Of a stretch of 64,000 nt of DNA, positions 45,471 through 59,900 are shown one piece after another. The notes beneath the pieces were generated by a model. The model saw only the letters and a program-made list of their open reading frames with translations. It was not told the DNA's origin and ran no database searches. The position numbers and the translations under genes are program-made. Origin of the DNA: Dimorphilus gyrociliatus (Eukaryota > Animalia > Annelida); the NCBI GenBank assembly GCA_904063045.1, contig CAJFCJ010000026.1, forward strand, positions 660,964 to 724,963, given 5' to 3'. The first letter of the stretch is position 1; every line of letters starts with the position of its first letter.

Positions 45471-46438
45471 AATAAAGGATGAAAAGAATAATGTGATTTT
45501 TTCCCCAAGGATCTTTGTTTTTGTTCATTAAGATTTTTTGCATTCTTAATACGTTTTCAGTAAGTAATTACGATAATCTCTTTGAATTATAGTTGATCGA
45601 ATTTAGAGATGGTACTTCGGAGAAGAATAGGCTAATCTTGAAGATGTTATCTATAGATAGAATATTTTAAATAACAGTGAAATACTTATATGTTTATATT
45701 GTTAACTAAACTAGAACATTGTATTCAATTAGCGTTGTAAAGTTTGACAAACAAACACAGTACGATTTTATTAATAAACAAGAACTTTTCAACTAGCGTT
45801 CTTTATTGTATAGATATTTATTTGCGTAGTTACTATTAATAATAAAGTAATTTATAGAGACAAACAATAAGTGACAAATTACTTGGATAGTTTCTTTTTT
45901 TACATAAATATAACTAAAGAACTGGGATTTTTATAAGCATTATGGATAATCCAGAATTTTTAATAGATAAAGTGGGACAATTGTTTGGAAAAAACAAAAT
46001 TTTCCTCATTAAGGTTTGCATTCATCAGATTGAACAATTTGGGCAATTTTCCAACGAAGATGAATATGAATAATTAACTTGTTCTTATAGAACAACGATT
46101 ATCAAGATTAACGATAGATGATTAACGCCTATACCAAAAAATATTGATAAATTGATTTGAAGAAAGAGTTTAAGAACGCTTGATATAGATTACAATAGTG
46201 TATGCATTTTTCCGAGAAAGAGAAGAGTTGTTTAATGAATACATACATACATGCATATTTGTGCATATGAAAGTTAACAATGACCTTTTCACCGTGTTAT
46301 GTATTACATTTGTTATCTGAAAAATAGAAAAAGATTAGAACGTATTCTTTTGCTTAGTCCCAATCCATCTAGTTCCTATGAAATACAGTATGAAGCATAT
46401 CGAGTTCATATTTGCTCTTTTTCTATAAAATTAAGATG

Positions 46439-46446
46439 AAAAAAAA
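46439..46446 (-). terminator. Pol III oligo-T terminator of the tRNA
   Basis: T8 run starting 4 nt after the tRNA 3' end on the minus strand. Confidence 0.8.
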
Positions 46447-46450
46447 TAAT

Positions 46451-46522
46451 CTCCCAGACCGGGAATCGAACCCGGGCCGCCCGGGTGAAAGCCGGGAATC
46501 CTAACCCCTAGACCATCTGGGA
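46451..46522 (-). tRNA. trnE: tRNA-Glu (anticodon TTC)
   Basis: TCCCAGATGGTCTAGGGGTTAGGATTCCCGGCTTTCACCCGGGCGGCCCGGGTTCGATTCCCGGTCTGGGAG: 7-bp acceptor stem, TTC anticodon loop, A and B boxes. Confidence 0.97.
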
Positions 46523-46909
46523 TTCATACATTACTTTGCGAATAATAAAGTCGATTAACGCAATCAGAATGAATCTGTAATCGTTCCATCGTTTCAAAAT
46601 ATATCAGAAAAAAGCATTATAACCAAATACTAATAATAATAATAATAATAATAGACATTGAAGTCGCAAACAATAATTTTATAACATATAAAAAAATATA
46701 TACTCAAAAACTAAAGTGTTTTCAGAGTTGAGACCAAATAATATTTAACCTGACGACAAGTTAGCACTTTATAAATATGACAAAATCAAGTAGGTCATAA
46801 ATAATATCTATACATGTAGATATAAAATTAAATAAATAATACAGAATAAACTCTAGAATTATGTCATCATATATTATTTCAATATTCTCACTTGGTTTAT
46901 GAATCTGCT

Positions 46910-49900
46910 TCATTCATTCGTATCCTCTGTAGCTTGGGATTCGTCAGCGTTATGAGTTGCAGTTCCACTTTGAACGTTGTCATTATGAGAAGATATTGAA
47001 GTACTTACCTGTATCCTATTCGTATTCGTAGATACAGCCAGATTTGAACTAGTGCTCTGCGTATTCTGAAATGGTTTTTTCATGTTGTCTTTTCCTGTAG
47101 AAGAATGCTCGATGTTTTTTGTCGCATTTTTCAAGTCCCTGCCAGCAGTCGAAAGAGTCGTAGTCGTTCTTTCAGCGCAATTTGATGTGACACTTGAAAT
47201 ACACGTTTTGGTTGTTGGGTTTGAAAATTTCCATCGACTACTTAGAATAGACTCCACAGGTGGTATTGGTCGTCTATAATCTGCTGTCGCTTCCATATTA
47301 GAATATAATTTATATTGATCCTTGTTCAGGATAGTTTCCACAGGTGGAATTCCAATGTTTTGTTTTGTACGACTTTCAGTCACGCTTGAATTACAATTTC
47401 TACCGCCACCGCTATCCTGGATGGAAGAATTTTTATATACAGTATACTATATAGTTTATTGAAGTGAAATGTCTACTTACATTTCGACTTTGTTTAGTAT
47501 TTTGCGGATAAGTTGCTACAGTTGAATCGGGCGATAAACTTTGCCAATTATTCCCATCTGAATAACATTCTGGAGCCGCCAAAGAAAGAGCACTTTGTTC
47601 AACAGACCTGGTGTTAGCACTCGTAATATCATTTTGACCAGTATATTGGATGTGGGTAGTATATTGGGGATAAGTTATCTGATATGGAACATCTGCCGAA
47701 CCATGATCTCTATACGGAGATGATACTGAAGATGATGTAGAGACGTTAGAGCTTGCGCTTGCCGAAAGAGTATAATATATCGGATACGTCGCCTCGAATT
47801 GGGCATCTTGTGAGCTTTTTTGTTGACTAGTTGTAATCGGTAACGCTTCTGAAAGCAAAGCAGGAGTGATTAATTGAACAGAATTAAAACTACTACAAAA
47901 GGTACAACTCTCATGAGCACAATGAGGATACATTGCCGTAGGAGGATCATCTGCAGGACAATTTTGTTGATTGGAGGAATTCGACGATGATACTGCAAGC
48001 GAAGCAGGAGTGTTTAGTTGAGCAAATTCGAAACTGCTGCTCTCCTTAGTATACTCGGGATATGCTACTCTGAGTGGAGCATCTGAAGAATTGTTTTGCT
48101 GAATATTTGTATTCGACAAAGAAACTGCAGGTGAATTGGCAGTACATTGCTTTGTAGGGTTTGAGCTAGTAGTAGACGTTTGACTCTCTGTAGCGTATTG
48201 AGGATAAGATATATAAGAAGAATTTTGTAGACAGGTGTTATATTCGACTGCAGGTAAAGTAGAAACTATTGGCTTCTGAACAGAGCTGTAGCTAGCAGTT
48301 GACGTAAGATTTTGGCTTGTTGCATTTTGTAAATAGTTTTTCGCCGAATAAGGCCCTGGCCAATTATTCTCACTAACAGGATATTCAGCTGGCCGAAAGG
48401 CAGTATACGAAGGTTGCCATGTGTTATTATGAAAAGTATACTCGTCTGCCAAGGAAGAGGAGTCATCTTCAACAGTTTTTTTTTCACGAGTATTTTTATC
48501 TTGATAATACTCCGAATCAGATGGAAGCTCTAGATAATATTGATAGTTCATCTTCAAAGGAACACCTGAAAAATCTTCATTCCTATATTTCTTTGAAAGT
48601 GACTCAAACAGCGAAGTAGTAGAATCCCTATCACTCGAGTCGTTATCACTATTCGATGCAGTATCCTCAAGTTGCTTAGTATCAGTCTGAGGGAGAGACT
48701 TGGACTGTGAAAGTGTTTTTTCTTTATCAAGAAACAACGATTCCACTGGCGGAACGGTGATATCTCGGCCACAAGAGCTTGAGCTAGCACTTGTATCTGG
48801 AATCTGTGTATTCGGCAAATATTTTGTTTTATGAGCAGGATCTAAAGAATTCTTTCGTACTTTTCTACGTACCTTCGAGTTATTCACTATTTCGTCAATA
48901 GTATTTGATTCAACTGATTCGAAAGTGCTTTTTCGAGTCTGTTTACTTGCGTTTGATTTCATTAATGAAGTATTAGAACTCGCAACGGTAGCAGAGTCGA
49001 CTCTCGAAGAAAGGTTGTTCTTAGATAGTAAAGTAGCGGAATTTAAATAACTTTTTCCATCCTTTTTACATATAAAAAGTTTTAACGGAGGAACAACAGT
49101 AGTTTTTGGATCAACAACATTTGGTTTAGCATTCGAAGCAGTATTCCCCTCAGGCTCTTCTGATTGATAACGAGAACTTTTTCGACCTTTTCTTCTTGAA
49201 ACAGGCTTCACAGGTGGATTGGCTGTATTTTTAGCAACAGTAACGCGTTCGATGTTTGAAGTTGAAGTATTTGATTTTAATTGACCAGGATTTGAATAGG
49301 TCTTTCCATTCCTTTTACAAATAACCATCTTCAATGATTGAGCAGTAGTGCTTTGGGGATTGCTGTTGGAATTGTTTTTTGGGATAGGTTCCTTCTCACT
49401 TCGTTGTAAGCCTGGAGCATTTTCCTGAACATAATCACTAGCAATCGATTTAACTGATGGTGTACGTGTAACTGGTTTAATGGAGCAAATACTCGAGATT
49501 GAACTCTTTTTAGGTTTTGTACAAGTGGGATTTGAAGAGCTTTTTTTTGTAACAACGTTTTCTATAATTGGGCTGGAGTTAATATTCGAGGAGAAATTCT
49601 CATTAGTTTGCGGAAAGCTGGAATTCGGTTGACTCTGTTGAATAGTTTCACTTATTGACGAGTCTAGCGGTGAACTATCAGGCTTTTGACTGGTGGAACT
49701 TGAGATACAGCCCTTTATATGTTGAGTTAAATTTAAATTCGAATAACATTTTTGGCTATCCTTGCATAACGTTGATTCCAGAGGTGGAACAGAAATCTTT
49801 GCCTTGACAGACTCAGATCTATCGGCTGCACCAGTATCATAAGTAGATTGTGAATTATCGGTAGTTGAAACTCTTTCCCAACTAGTTCCTTTTAAAATCC

Positions 49901-52900
49901 ATTTTAAAGGTGGAATGGAAGCAGGTTGTTCAACCGAGCGTGAACAAGTACTTGATGTAGGTTTCGGGGCTTGTTGAGGATAGTCCGGCTGCATAGTAGA
50001 ATCTAAAGTACTTTCAATGAAAGTCGACCCAACAGATGAAATAGTAGAGGTATACGAAACTGCGTTGGAACTTGTCACTGCAACTTTGTTCTGGTCGTTC
50101 ATTAAATATTTTACAGGATATTGTTGGACGTAGCCGGTATCAATGTTTGAGGTTAAACTGGGAGTATTATATTGTGAATAAAGTTTAGTTGGATGACACG
50201 GAGGAATTTGTTGACTGCTAGTTTGAGTTGAACCAGTTTGGTAAATCCAGTTAGAATTAATGTTCGATGAAAGATTTGATTTACCATAATAAGGATAATC
50301 TACTTGACTGGTACTCGCAGTATTTCGTATATTTTTGTTTAACGTTGTCTGTACTGGTGCTGTTGGATTATAATTTTGAGTAAACGGCGGCGGTGATGTA
50401 TTTGTCGTAGCGTTGGAAGCTCTTCGATCAACAATATCTAATAGTGACTCGGTGGATGTCAAAATAGGATAGGAAGCACAAGTTGAAGCAATTTTGGCCT
50501 GTTTTTTGGAATATCTTTTGGGCGTTGCCTTTGTTGCGGTGCCACGAGTTCTTTTAGAACCATTTTGATTTCGTGGGTTAATTTTTGTACTGCTTTTCCG
50601 TCCGATTTTTTCACTTCGTGGAATTGGTGTACGCTGTTGCGAGTACTTTAGGGATGATTTTCTATTACCTTTCGGACTATTTTTCAAGATCGATTCCAGA
50701 ATTGAAACTTGAGAATTCCCAGAGTTATTTTTCATAGACGATTTTCCCCGAGTAGTTGACTTGGTATCCTTTGAATTTCTTTCCATCGTTAGAAAATGCA
50801 AATTATCACTTTGAAAACTGCTATCAGTGGTACTAGTAGTAGTGATAGTAGTAATAGTTGCAGTAGCAATCGCTGTCGCTACTACATTTTGTTGAACATT
50901 TGCCTGAGTACTATGTGATGTTACTTCGATGCCAGATGTGTTACACTGATAATTATTATGTCCTGCGGAATAAGTCACTTGTGTATCAGTTGTAGCTGAA
51001 TTTTCGGTCGTTATTGGACAGTTACTCATTAAACGATTCAACATACTAACAGGAATGTTTTTCAAGATACTACTAGGGAAATAGCTTGGATCAAAGTTCA
51101 AATTGCAATAAAAGCTCTGTTCGCCGTTATTGTCGGTTGAAGCATCTGAGTCACCGCTTGGTGACATATTCGAACGAGAGTCGTCTTGAGATTTACTGAA
51201 GAAACTAAAAGATTTATTGTCTTCAAAGTTGTTTAGGCCAACTTGATTCCGATTGTCAATATTTGAAGCGTATCCAGAAGCATGTTCCAATCCAGTATTG
51301 ATTATGTTACCATTTTGGACATCGTATGAAGCAAACTGCGTGTTGCTTATAGGAGCAGCAACTGAATTTCGAAGAGAACTCAGAGGATTTTGACAATCAT
51401 TTGTGGCGTTGAACGAACTTACACAAAGGGAGCAATCTGGAATTCTGTCGGGATTATATGCAATGTTTACAACACTATTTTGAGATAGTCCGTACGCGTT
51501 GTTTGTAAATGGACCGTATGAAACATTTCCATTTTCGTCCGATATGCTTAAATGACGCGACTCAAGAGTTGTATTATTCTGATTTGATTGATAATAGTTT
51601 CCAGATAAGCCCAAAGAGTGATAATTGTTCAATGCATTTTGATTCAAGTCGTAGCCTTGTATTTGACTATGAGGCGGAACAAAATTTGCCATAAAAGTTT
51701 GATTACAACTTCCACCTTGGTTATTATCAGGAACGACCATAAAGCTTTTTGGCTCGTTATTAATTTGTAGACTAGATGAAGTTCGTTGTGGAGTAGATGG
51801 AGTTCGGTTAAGAGCCATATGATCCTTACTAAGCGTGTCTGGAAAGTCAGGTAGATTGCCACTTTGAAATCTTCGAGAAATAAAACTCACGTCCATTATT
51901 CGAGGATTATGCAGTTGATTATCATTATTCAATTCAGATATATTTTGAGTGGAATGATTAAATATATTAGCCACTTTCTCGGGTTGATTTAGGACAGAAT
52001 TCGAGTTCAAAAGTTCATTTAACTTATTACTATTGGCGTTCCTAGATAATTCGGTTGAAGTGGATTGAGATGTAGAACTTCTATTTTCTAGAGTTGTCTG
52101 CTTCGAGTTTTCGGAAACGACTGCGGATTCTCCCGTTCGACGATTCAACGACAGATCTAGTGGACGCTCTTGATTGTTAATAGCTTCTTCATAAGAATTC
52201 GAAACGCTATTGGTATAATTGTACGAATGAGTTAATGCACTACTTTCCAAGGCGTTACTGCTGGGATTAGAACTATATACTTGAGTGTGATTCGAAGGCG
52301 ATTGACTTTGAACTTGATCGCTGGGATTGACACGACTGTTTTCTTGCGAAAGTTTTATAACCTTTACAATTTCGTTGTCATCATCTGACGACAAATCTTC
52401 ATAAGGACAGAAATTACAGCTTGGAGAATTTTTAGGAGTATCTTCTGTAATATCAATAAGTACAGGTCTAGGAATAGTATTTTCTCTTTCGCTTAAAGGT
52501 TTACTGGTACTCGGCTGTTGAGTATCGGAAGCACTTCTGACAGATACATTGATTGATGGTTCCGTTGACGTACCACTAGAGTTATTATTTACTCCCTCAG
52601 CCAAATTATAAAAGTTATTAAAGCCGCTATTTATTGAATTGGATGGACCATTCCTTTTCATATTTATCGTTTTATCAATAAGGTTCGGTCTAGATGGGAG
52701 CTTATAGCGATTGTTTGAAACAGACGGAGCTGGAATGTATAATATAGAACCCAAAGGTTTTGCTATATTCCTTCGAATAACTCTAGCCCTCCGAAAGCCT
52801 ACATTATTCTGTAATATATAAAACGTTTACTCGATTACCAATTACTTAAAGTAATATTAACCTTAAATCGGAAGACAATATTAACATTTTTTCCCTCATC

Positions 52901-55663
52901 AATTAATTTCGAAATTTGCTTCCAGGGAAGAGAATATACGTTTTCCTATGTTAACGAAGAGAATATTATAAACTTTATGGGTAAGTAGAATTTACTGATA
53001 ACTTTACTAACCACGTTAAATTGCATATCTCCGGTAGGATCTGATTTACTAAGATATAAAGAAAAAATTTAGCAACTAATTAAAATATATACTAAAGTCA
53101 CAATAATAAGTAATTAGTAAAAGGAAAAAAGGTTTTATAAGGTGATTATTTGATGTTATATAATTTTGATTTGCCTTATCATCATATTAAATCTGTACGT
53201 GAAGTCTCGGTTGAAAAACTGTAAAAGTTAGTTAATTTGCTTCCTTTTTAGAGTTGGATTTTAGAAGGGCCTATTTTTCAACTCTTCCATTTCAACTTGT
53301 ATTTGCATAAAACCTTTTTGACATTAGACAATGATATCTGAATAGGCACAGTACAGTTTTGTAAAATTTTTTGTGCTGTCCAGTTTGGTTTAAATCTTCA
53401 TTTTTTTGTAATCTAAAATTCTATTTCCCTTGTTATTGTTTGTTATCTGGGAGATAATAACTCTTAATTGTAAGGTCATAGCAACTGTCTTCAAATTACT
53501 TAATAGCTTGTGAAATAATCTAGACCATAAACATATTTTGGTCGTCAAAAAATTCACATGTATAAACTTTTTATCCCTTGTTATAATTACTTATTATCGT
53601 GACTGTATATAGTGTATAAGCTACAAAAATACCTGTTATATTCATGATGAAGTAACGGATATGTATATTCTCTCTGGTTGGCGAATTCCTTACTTTCATC
53701 GCTTTCCTTGTGCGACTCTTTATCGTTGTTATTTAAATCAGAAAATGTATTATTAGGTTCCGTATTCGGCTCATTGGGTAATTCCGTTCTTAAAATAATT
53801 TTATTATAATTAAAATAAAGTTAAAAAAAAAAATTTCAATTTACATTTGTAATTCGGAATCAGATTTTGCTGATGTCAATTCCTCCGTTATTACTTCAAC
53901 ATATTGTGCAGTATAGGCTAAAGTCCTATAGTTGAGTAGAAAAATTAAATAGTATGGAAAAATAAAACATATTATAGCTAATAAGAAAATACCTTTGTAT
54001 CTTAACAGGACGTTCATTAATCGTTGTATACTGTCTAGAAAAATAAATACGATATTTAATGATCATTCTAAACAAACATTTAATACGTACTGATTATATA
54101 CTGCAAAACTATCTTTAACACTTCTAGTCTGGTTCATTAAACCTTCACTTGATTTAGGATCAGCCGAAGGCGATTCGATCAACGGAGATTCGTTCGATGT
54201 TGATAAGCTGACTTTATTTACCATAGCCCCAGTCTCCTCCTTCGACTCATCTAAATTTGGTAAAGGTTCATCAACTGTATTCACTTCCGGCTGAATTGTT
54301 GGAATTCCATTTACAATCATACTAGACGGAAGAATTAAAGGTTCTTTTATAAATATGCTCGGTTCTATTGTAGCACCGCAATTCATTCGAGTCATAGCTG
54401 AACTATTAGCTTGACGAGTGAAAGGTTCATTTACTACAGGTACATTTAGGAGATACGGCATATTTTGATTTTTATGTACTGTAGCTAGTATTACGTTGGA
54501 TTTAACTACTGGAGATTTGTTAATATGAGCCACAATAACATTATTCGGCTGGATTGTTGAAGATTCGCTCACAGTAGCTAAATTTAAGGTTGGTTGTTGA
54601 ATCATTGGAGGTTCATTTACTGTTGTTGATAATGAGGTAGGTTCAATCAATGACGATTCATTGACGATAGTCGCAATTATATTTGGTTGCTGCAAGGAGG
54701 ACTCATTGACAGAAGTAGTTACATCTACCAATGACTGAACAACTTCAGACTCGTCAATACTGTCCATATATGCCGCCGGTTGTTGGACAGCTTCCTGCTT
54801 ATTCAATACAGTTACACCTATTATAGGCTGACGTTCACTTGACGTGACAGAACTTAGTCGATCTTTCGGAGGTTGGCTCTCCAAACTTGAATCGTGTTTG
54901 AGTAGATTATTAGCGTCCCTGGTTAATATATGTTGCTCTGTTGCCGTTTCCTTTGCTTCACAGTCATCATCCCTGGACTTAGTGATCCTATAGCGGACGG
55001 TTGGAGAATTAGCCTTCCGTTTTTTATTACTGTAGATACAAATTAACTTTATGTTACAGTGTTGAGTAGATGTTCAACTACCTACTTTACCACGAGTGAA
55101 AGAGGTTCAGGATCTGGGTCTGGGTCTGGTGCCGGATATCTGTTTATGGGAATAATAAGCGTTATTAAATAGGAAAATATGTTAATTGTAAACACCCACT
55201 CGTCAATTCTAAAGTGAGGCTCATAAGGCATAACCTCGTCGTTTCTGAAACAAACCAAATTTATGTTAAACACAAAAATAGACAGTATTAGAAGACTACT
55301 TGCCTATACATAGATAAAACAGGGTCGCACGATATATCATCTTGATGGTAGTCTATCGGAGGTAAGCGACTGGAAATAAAGTAATAATTACAACATTTTA
55401 AAACAAAATTCCTTATATATATATATTTACCTTGAAAGTAATAACCATAAATTTACATCTTCAGGTTTAAGACTTAAGTTATTAAGCGTTTCAACTCGCT
55501 TCGTGTCAAATGGCGGAAAATTGACCAAATCGACAATGTCCAACCCTTCAACTGCCAAAAAGTCTGGATGTATTGGAAATATATGGGGACAGGCTAACGA
55601 ATACTCAGAATCATTATCTACTAAAAATTCATAAGTATCGTTAGAGGTAAAACTATACGCCAT
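46910..55663 (-). CDS. Giant intrinsically disordered S/T/N/Q/P-rich protein (~2,500 aa, ~12 exons)
   Basis: ATG 55663. A chain of small phase-matched GT-AG exons (55663-55431, 55369-55310, ..., 53788-53633, ~53050-53014, ~52948-52865) leads into the 5.3-kb exon (~52811-47481) and final exon 47416-46910. Contains PLDLS and basic NLS-like clusters. Confidence 0.75.
53230..53605 (-). mobile_element. Tc1 5' fragment (TA|CAGTCAC family) in an intron
   Basis: Terminus TA|CAGTCACG at 53605. PNWTAQKIL...ISLSNVKKVLCKYKL matches the Tc1 remnant at ~25900. About 120 bp is shared with 58830-58950. Confidence 0.72.
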
Positions 55664-56916
55664 ATTGCTATGGAATATAACTATTACTAAACGATAGGCG
55701 ATTGAATTATGAAGTGGAAAAGATATGTATAACGGAAGTTCCGGTATAAGTAACCCGATTATTAGCGAAAAATTGTAATTAAAAAATAACCACTTTTTTT
55801 GACATCTACTCAATCTAGCTAATAAGGCGCATTATTTAAATTGTCAACAATCGAAAATAAAAAGTATTTACTTTTTGTATAAAACACTTCAACATAGTTT
55901 CTTTTTGTAGTATCATTTAAAGACGCCAACTTTTATTAACATTATTAATAAAAAATATAAAAATGTATTTAAACATTTAATAGAAACTTTTTAAATAAAC
56001 GCTACCGAACAATTGTTTCACTTTTTAAAATCTTTCTTTCGAAAGAAAAAGATTTTAAAGTTCAATTGACAGGAAATTTTCCATTTTGTAAATAGTTATT
56101 TATCCATATTTCCTTATCTTCAATTAGAATACTTGAATTATTTGACGTTTTGTGGGTAACTAATTGTAAATGTTACATTTGATACTCTTTAAGCTAATAT
56201 TTATTTATCTTTTAGCAAATAGATAGTTGTTTTTAATACAGCAACTTAGCACAATATAACAATTGGTTACGGTATGATGTAAAGTTTTCTTTGGGTAAAA
56301 TACCCAAATAGACTGGTTCTAGGGTAATTGGTGAATATTTTTATATTGTAGACTAAGAGTAAGTAACTATATTAATGAATTGAAGATTAGAATGCAGAAA
56401 AAATATGTTTAATTCACTTTTTGTGTATTTTTACCAGAAAATAAAAAGTAAGATGCTTTTTATTAAACACCACACTTTTTTGTACTCGAAGCGATAACGG
56501 GTATTTTTAATGTTTAACGGGTATTTTAATTTCGTTGCCTGATTCAACACACTTCTTGGACAACATGGAATTTTTCATAATTTTGTAAGTTTTTATTGAA
56601 AACGTTGTATATATTATTGATGAAACTGTAAATATTAACTGAAAAGATAAAGTTGACATCAGAGGCGAGTAGATGACAAATGTAACAGAGTAGAAATGGG
56701 AAGTATGACGATGAGATTCTAAAGTGTTTTCTTCAATCAATTCATTTAAGGGCAACTTATGAAAACTTATAGGAACATCTACGAAAAGAATTCATATTAT
56801 TGATCTCATTACTCCTATTTGTGAAAAATTAAATAATTCGTAAGTTTTTATTTTTCTTGAATACGACTATTAACAAAAATCAATCAATCAGACTTTATAA
56901 ATATATTGTATTTTTA

Positions 56917-59900
56917 TTAAGATAAATATAACCCTAACCCTCTATAGAAATCTTGCCTCAAATTCTTCATGATATTTGTATCCTTAAATTCGATTAGAAG
57001 ATTAGCAAATTCTTTTACAGAAGCTATAACTGCATTCCAATCATAATCGACGACTCTTTGAACGATATCAAATACAATGATGCTATTGTCAGCAGACCCA
57101 TAATAGAATCCTGCCAGTTTGCTATTAAATTCAAATACATTTTCGGATTCTACAAGAGCTTTAGCAACAGTTTCTATATTGTACCAAAAGTTAAACTGCA
57201 GCTGGTAAGCGAAATTACCGGTTGGATCCAATTTTGACGTCCAATTATCTCCAAAAGTTTGCGTCATATTTCTCAAAGAATCTTCAACAAATGCAAGAAT
57301 TGCCTTCTCGTCAATATTTTTGGCTTTCTTTACTTCTAATATTTCGTAATATCTAAAAACGGATGCCCAAATGTCTATCGCCTGAGTGAAATGTTCATCG
57401 CCCGTTTCGTCGCTAATTGAACATATAGTACTTATCAAATTTCCAAAGAAATAGCCATCGTAATTGCCAAGATAACCGAATAAATTTAATTCGAAATCCT
57501 CTTCTGAAGATTCTGAAAGGGTACATAGAAATTCGGAAATCCATTGGGTTATACTAACGCCAGGTATGGTATAGCCTAAATATTTATTAAATAAGGGAAT
57601 TATAGTATTGTAGAGAACACTTTTATTCTTTTCAAAATATTCCAATGTTCTTCCTATCATTCTATATTTGCTGGAATCGCATTTTTTAGAAGGAGTCTTA
57701 ATTAAATCAATTAAACCAATATTTTCAAGGTCAGTGTAGATATCGGTAACCTGTTTACCTATACTGACAAGATCATGCCAGCTTATGGGATTCTGGAAGA
57801 CTATGATATTTCTTAGTACTTTAACTATATTTTCAGGCATAACTTCAGCCAGATTACTATAGAAATCATCGTCTTTTTCGGAATCTAATGGAAAATAATA
57901 ATTATTTGGTAAAATAAAATACATATACTGTCCCAAGAAAAAGTCTCTGGCAGGGTTGTTCTTATAGTGGAAAAAGTGAATTATTTAACTAACAGGATTT
58001 TGCTTAATTATATATATTTTTTATTTAGAATTAAGAGGATAAGGTATTTTTACAACTAATTTTGTTTTTATTTTTAATTTTTTTAAAATAAGGCGGATAT
58101 AGAGTTACTGTTAAAAAAAAGAAAAAAAAAACAACCATAAAAAGCTTCAAAACACAAGGGTGTAAACTTATAATTTGAAGAGCTATAAAATATAATGGCT
58201 CGCGAGATCTGACATATTGTCTCGACATTAAAAGAGCATTTATTACTAATTCACAACAGACAGAAACGTCTTCCAACAAGATGGGGCAAGATGTCATACC
58301 TTAAAGATTGGCTTGCCTAAAGTCAAGTCCATATCTAAATATTATAGAAAAATGTTTGGATAATGTTGAAGAAAAGAGTTTATAAAAAAACGGTATCGTC
58401 TTGTGATCCAAAATAAACGATACCTAATAAATTATTGACTTAAATGTGGAATTTTTTATCATTTTTACCAGAAACTTTTTCTCCGCCTTATTTTAAAAAG
58501 TTGTTAAGTAAAAGTTAATAAAAAGTAAGAAATTTTTTTTTTAATGAATTACATCTTTGAGTTCTGCTAGTTGAATAATTCACTTTTTCCAGTATAAGAA
58601 CAACCCTGCTAGAGACTTTTTCTTGGGACTGTAAATACTATATACAGTTACAATAATAAGGAATTGTTACAATGAAAAAACTTCTAAAAATATGACTATT
58701 TTGGTGTTTTATACTTTACAGTTATCTTATCTTTATATTAAAAATCAAATTGAGATAATAATATCTGAATAGGCATTGAACAGTTTTGTAGAATATCCAG
58801 TTTTGATTAAATATGCGCTTGTTCGTAATCTACAATTCCATTTTCCTTGTTATTGTATGTGATCTGGCAGACAATAACTCTTAATTTTAGGGTCATAGCA
58901 ACCGTGTTAATATTATTTAATAGCTTATGAAATAATCTAAACCTTAAACATATTTTTAAAAGTTTTTATCTTTGTAACAATTACAAATACAGTGACTGTA
59001 AATATTAGTATATGCTGTATATATGATTTAATAATACCAAGAAACACTTTAGCCAGTTGACTATTCGCTTCGTTGAAGTTGGAAATACCCATATAATCAA
59101 AAATATCCAAATATTTTAACCAATTCTCGCCATAGGTTTTTGTTAAGCTGTCCAAGAAAATTTTCACTTCATTCGCTTGAATATTTGTAGGTCGTTCTTT
59201 GACTATAAATGATAGTATATCTTTGGCAATATTCACAGATTTTATGTAAAAATCAGAGGGAAGAAGGTAAGAAACTATTTTGTTCTCGTATGATTCAATA
59301 ATTGGCCTTGGAATGTATAAATACAGTGCTAATTGATTATTAAACTGTTGTTTATCTTTTGAATTAATCATATAGCAGCTGACAATCTTAAAATGTTCAG
59401 GGGAAGATAAAATCTCCAAAATAAGTCCTTCTTGGGGATAGTGTTTTGGTAAGATATCTTTGTACTCGTTGATAAATGCAACTATCTTATCAAGTGTTTT
59501 GACGTTACTGCATTTGGGGCGAGTAAAGATACCAGCTTTATTAAAGTATTCAAATATTGCAAAGCCTTTCTCGACAGCTTGTAACATCTGATTGATTTTA
59601 TTTTTTGAATAATATTTAGCAATATTATAGGATCTAATCAACAGATATTCAAGGTTATTATTATCCCAATCGAAACCGTCATAATGCTTGGAATATTTTA
59701 CTGGAAAAAAAGAAGAGTTGAAAGATAAATTAATGTTTGATAAACTACCAAACTACTGTTTATATATAATTCTACCTATTATTTCTTCAGCGATAGCTCT
59801 AACGTTGTCAGTCTCTTCCCATACATCGGGTGAATTGAATAAATTATCGATTATATGCGATTCGTATAGACTATATAACCAACCGTGACCAAATTTTGAA

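Larger units (their letters stand above)
13743..46652. repeat. Scattered microsatellites (span covers several short separate tracts)
   Basis: Approximate positions: (AAT)n 13743-13767 and 46632-46652; (AG/CT)n 13846-13862, 17236-17267, 44651-44673; (TA)n 16018-16042, 33100-33125, 33846-33868, 43414-43438; (AAAC)n 34665-34698. Confidence 0.85.
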
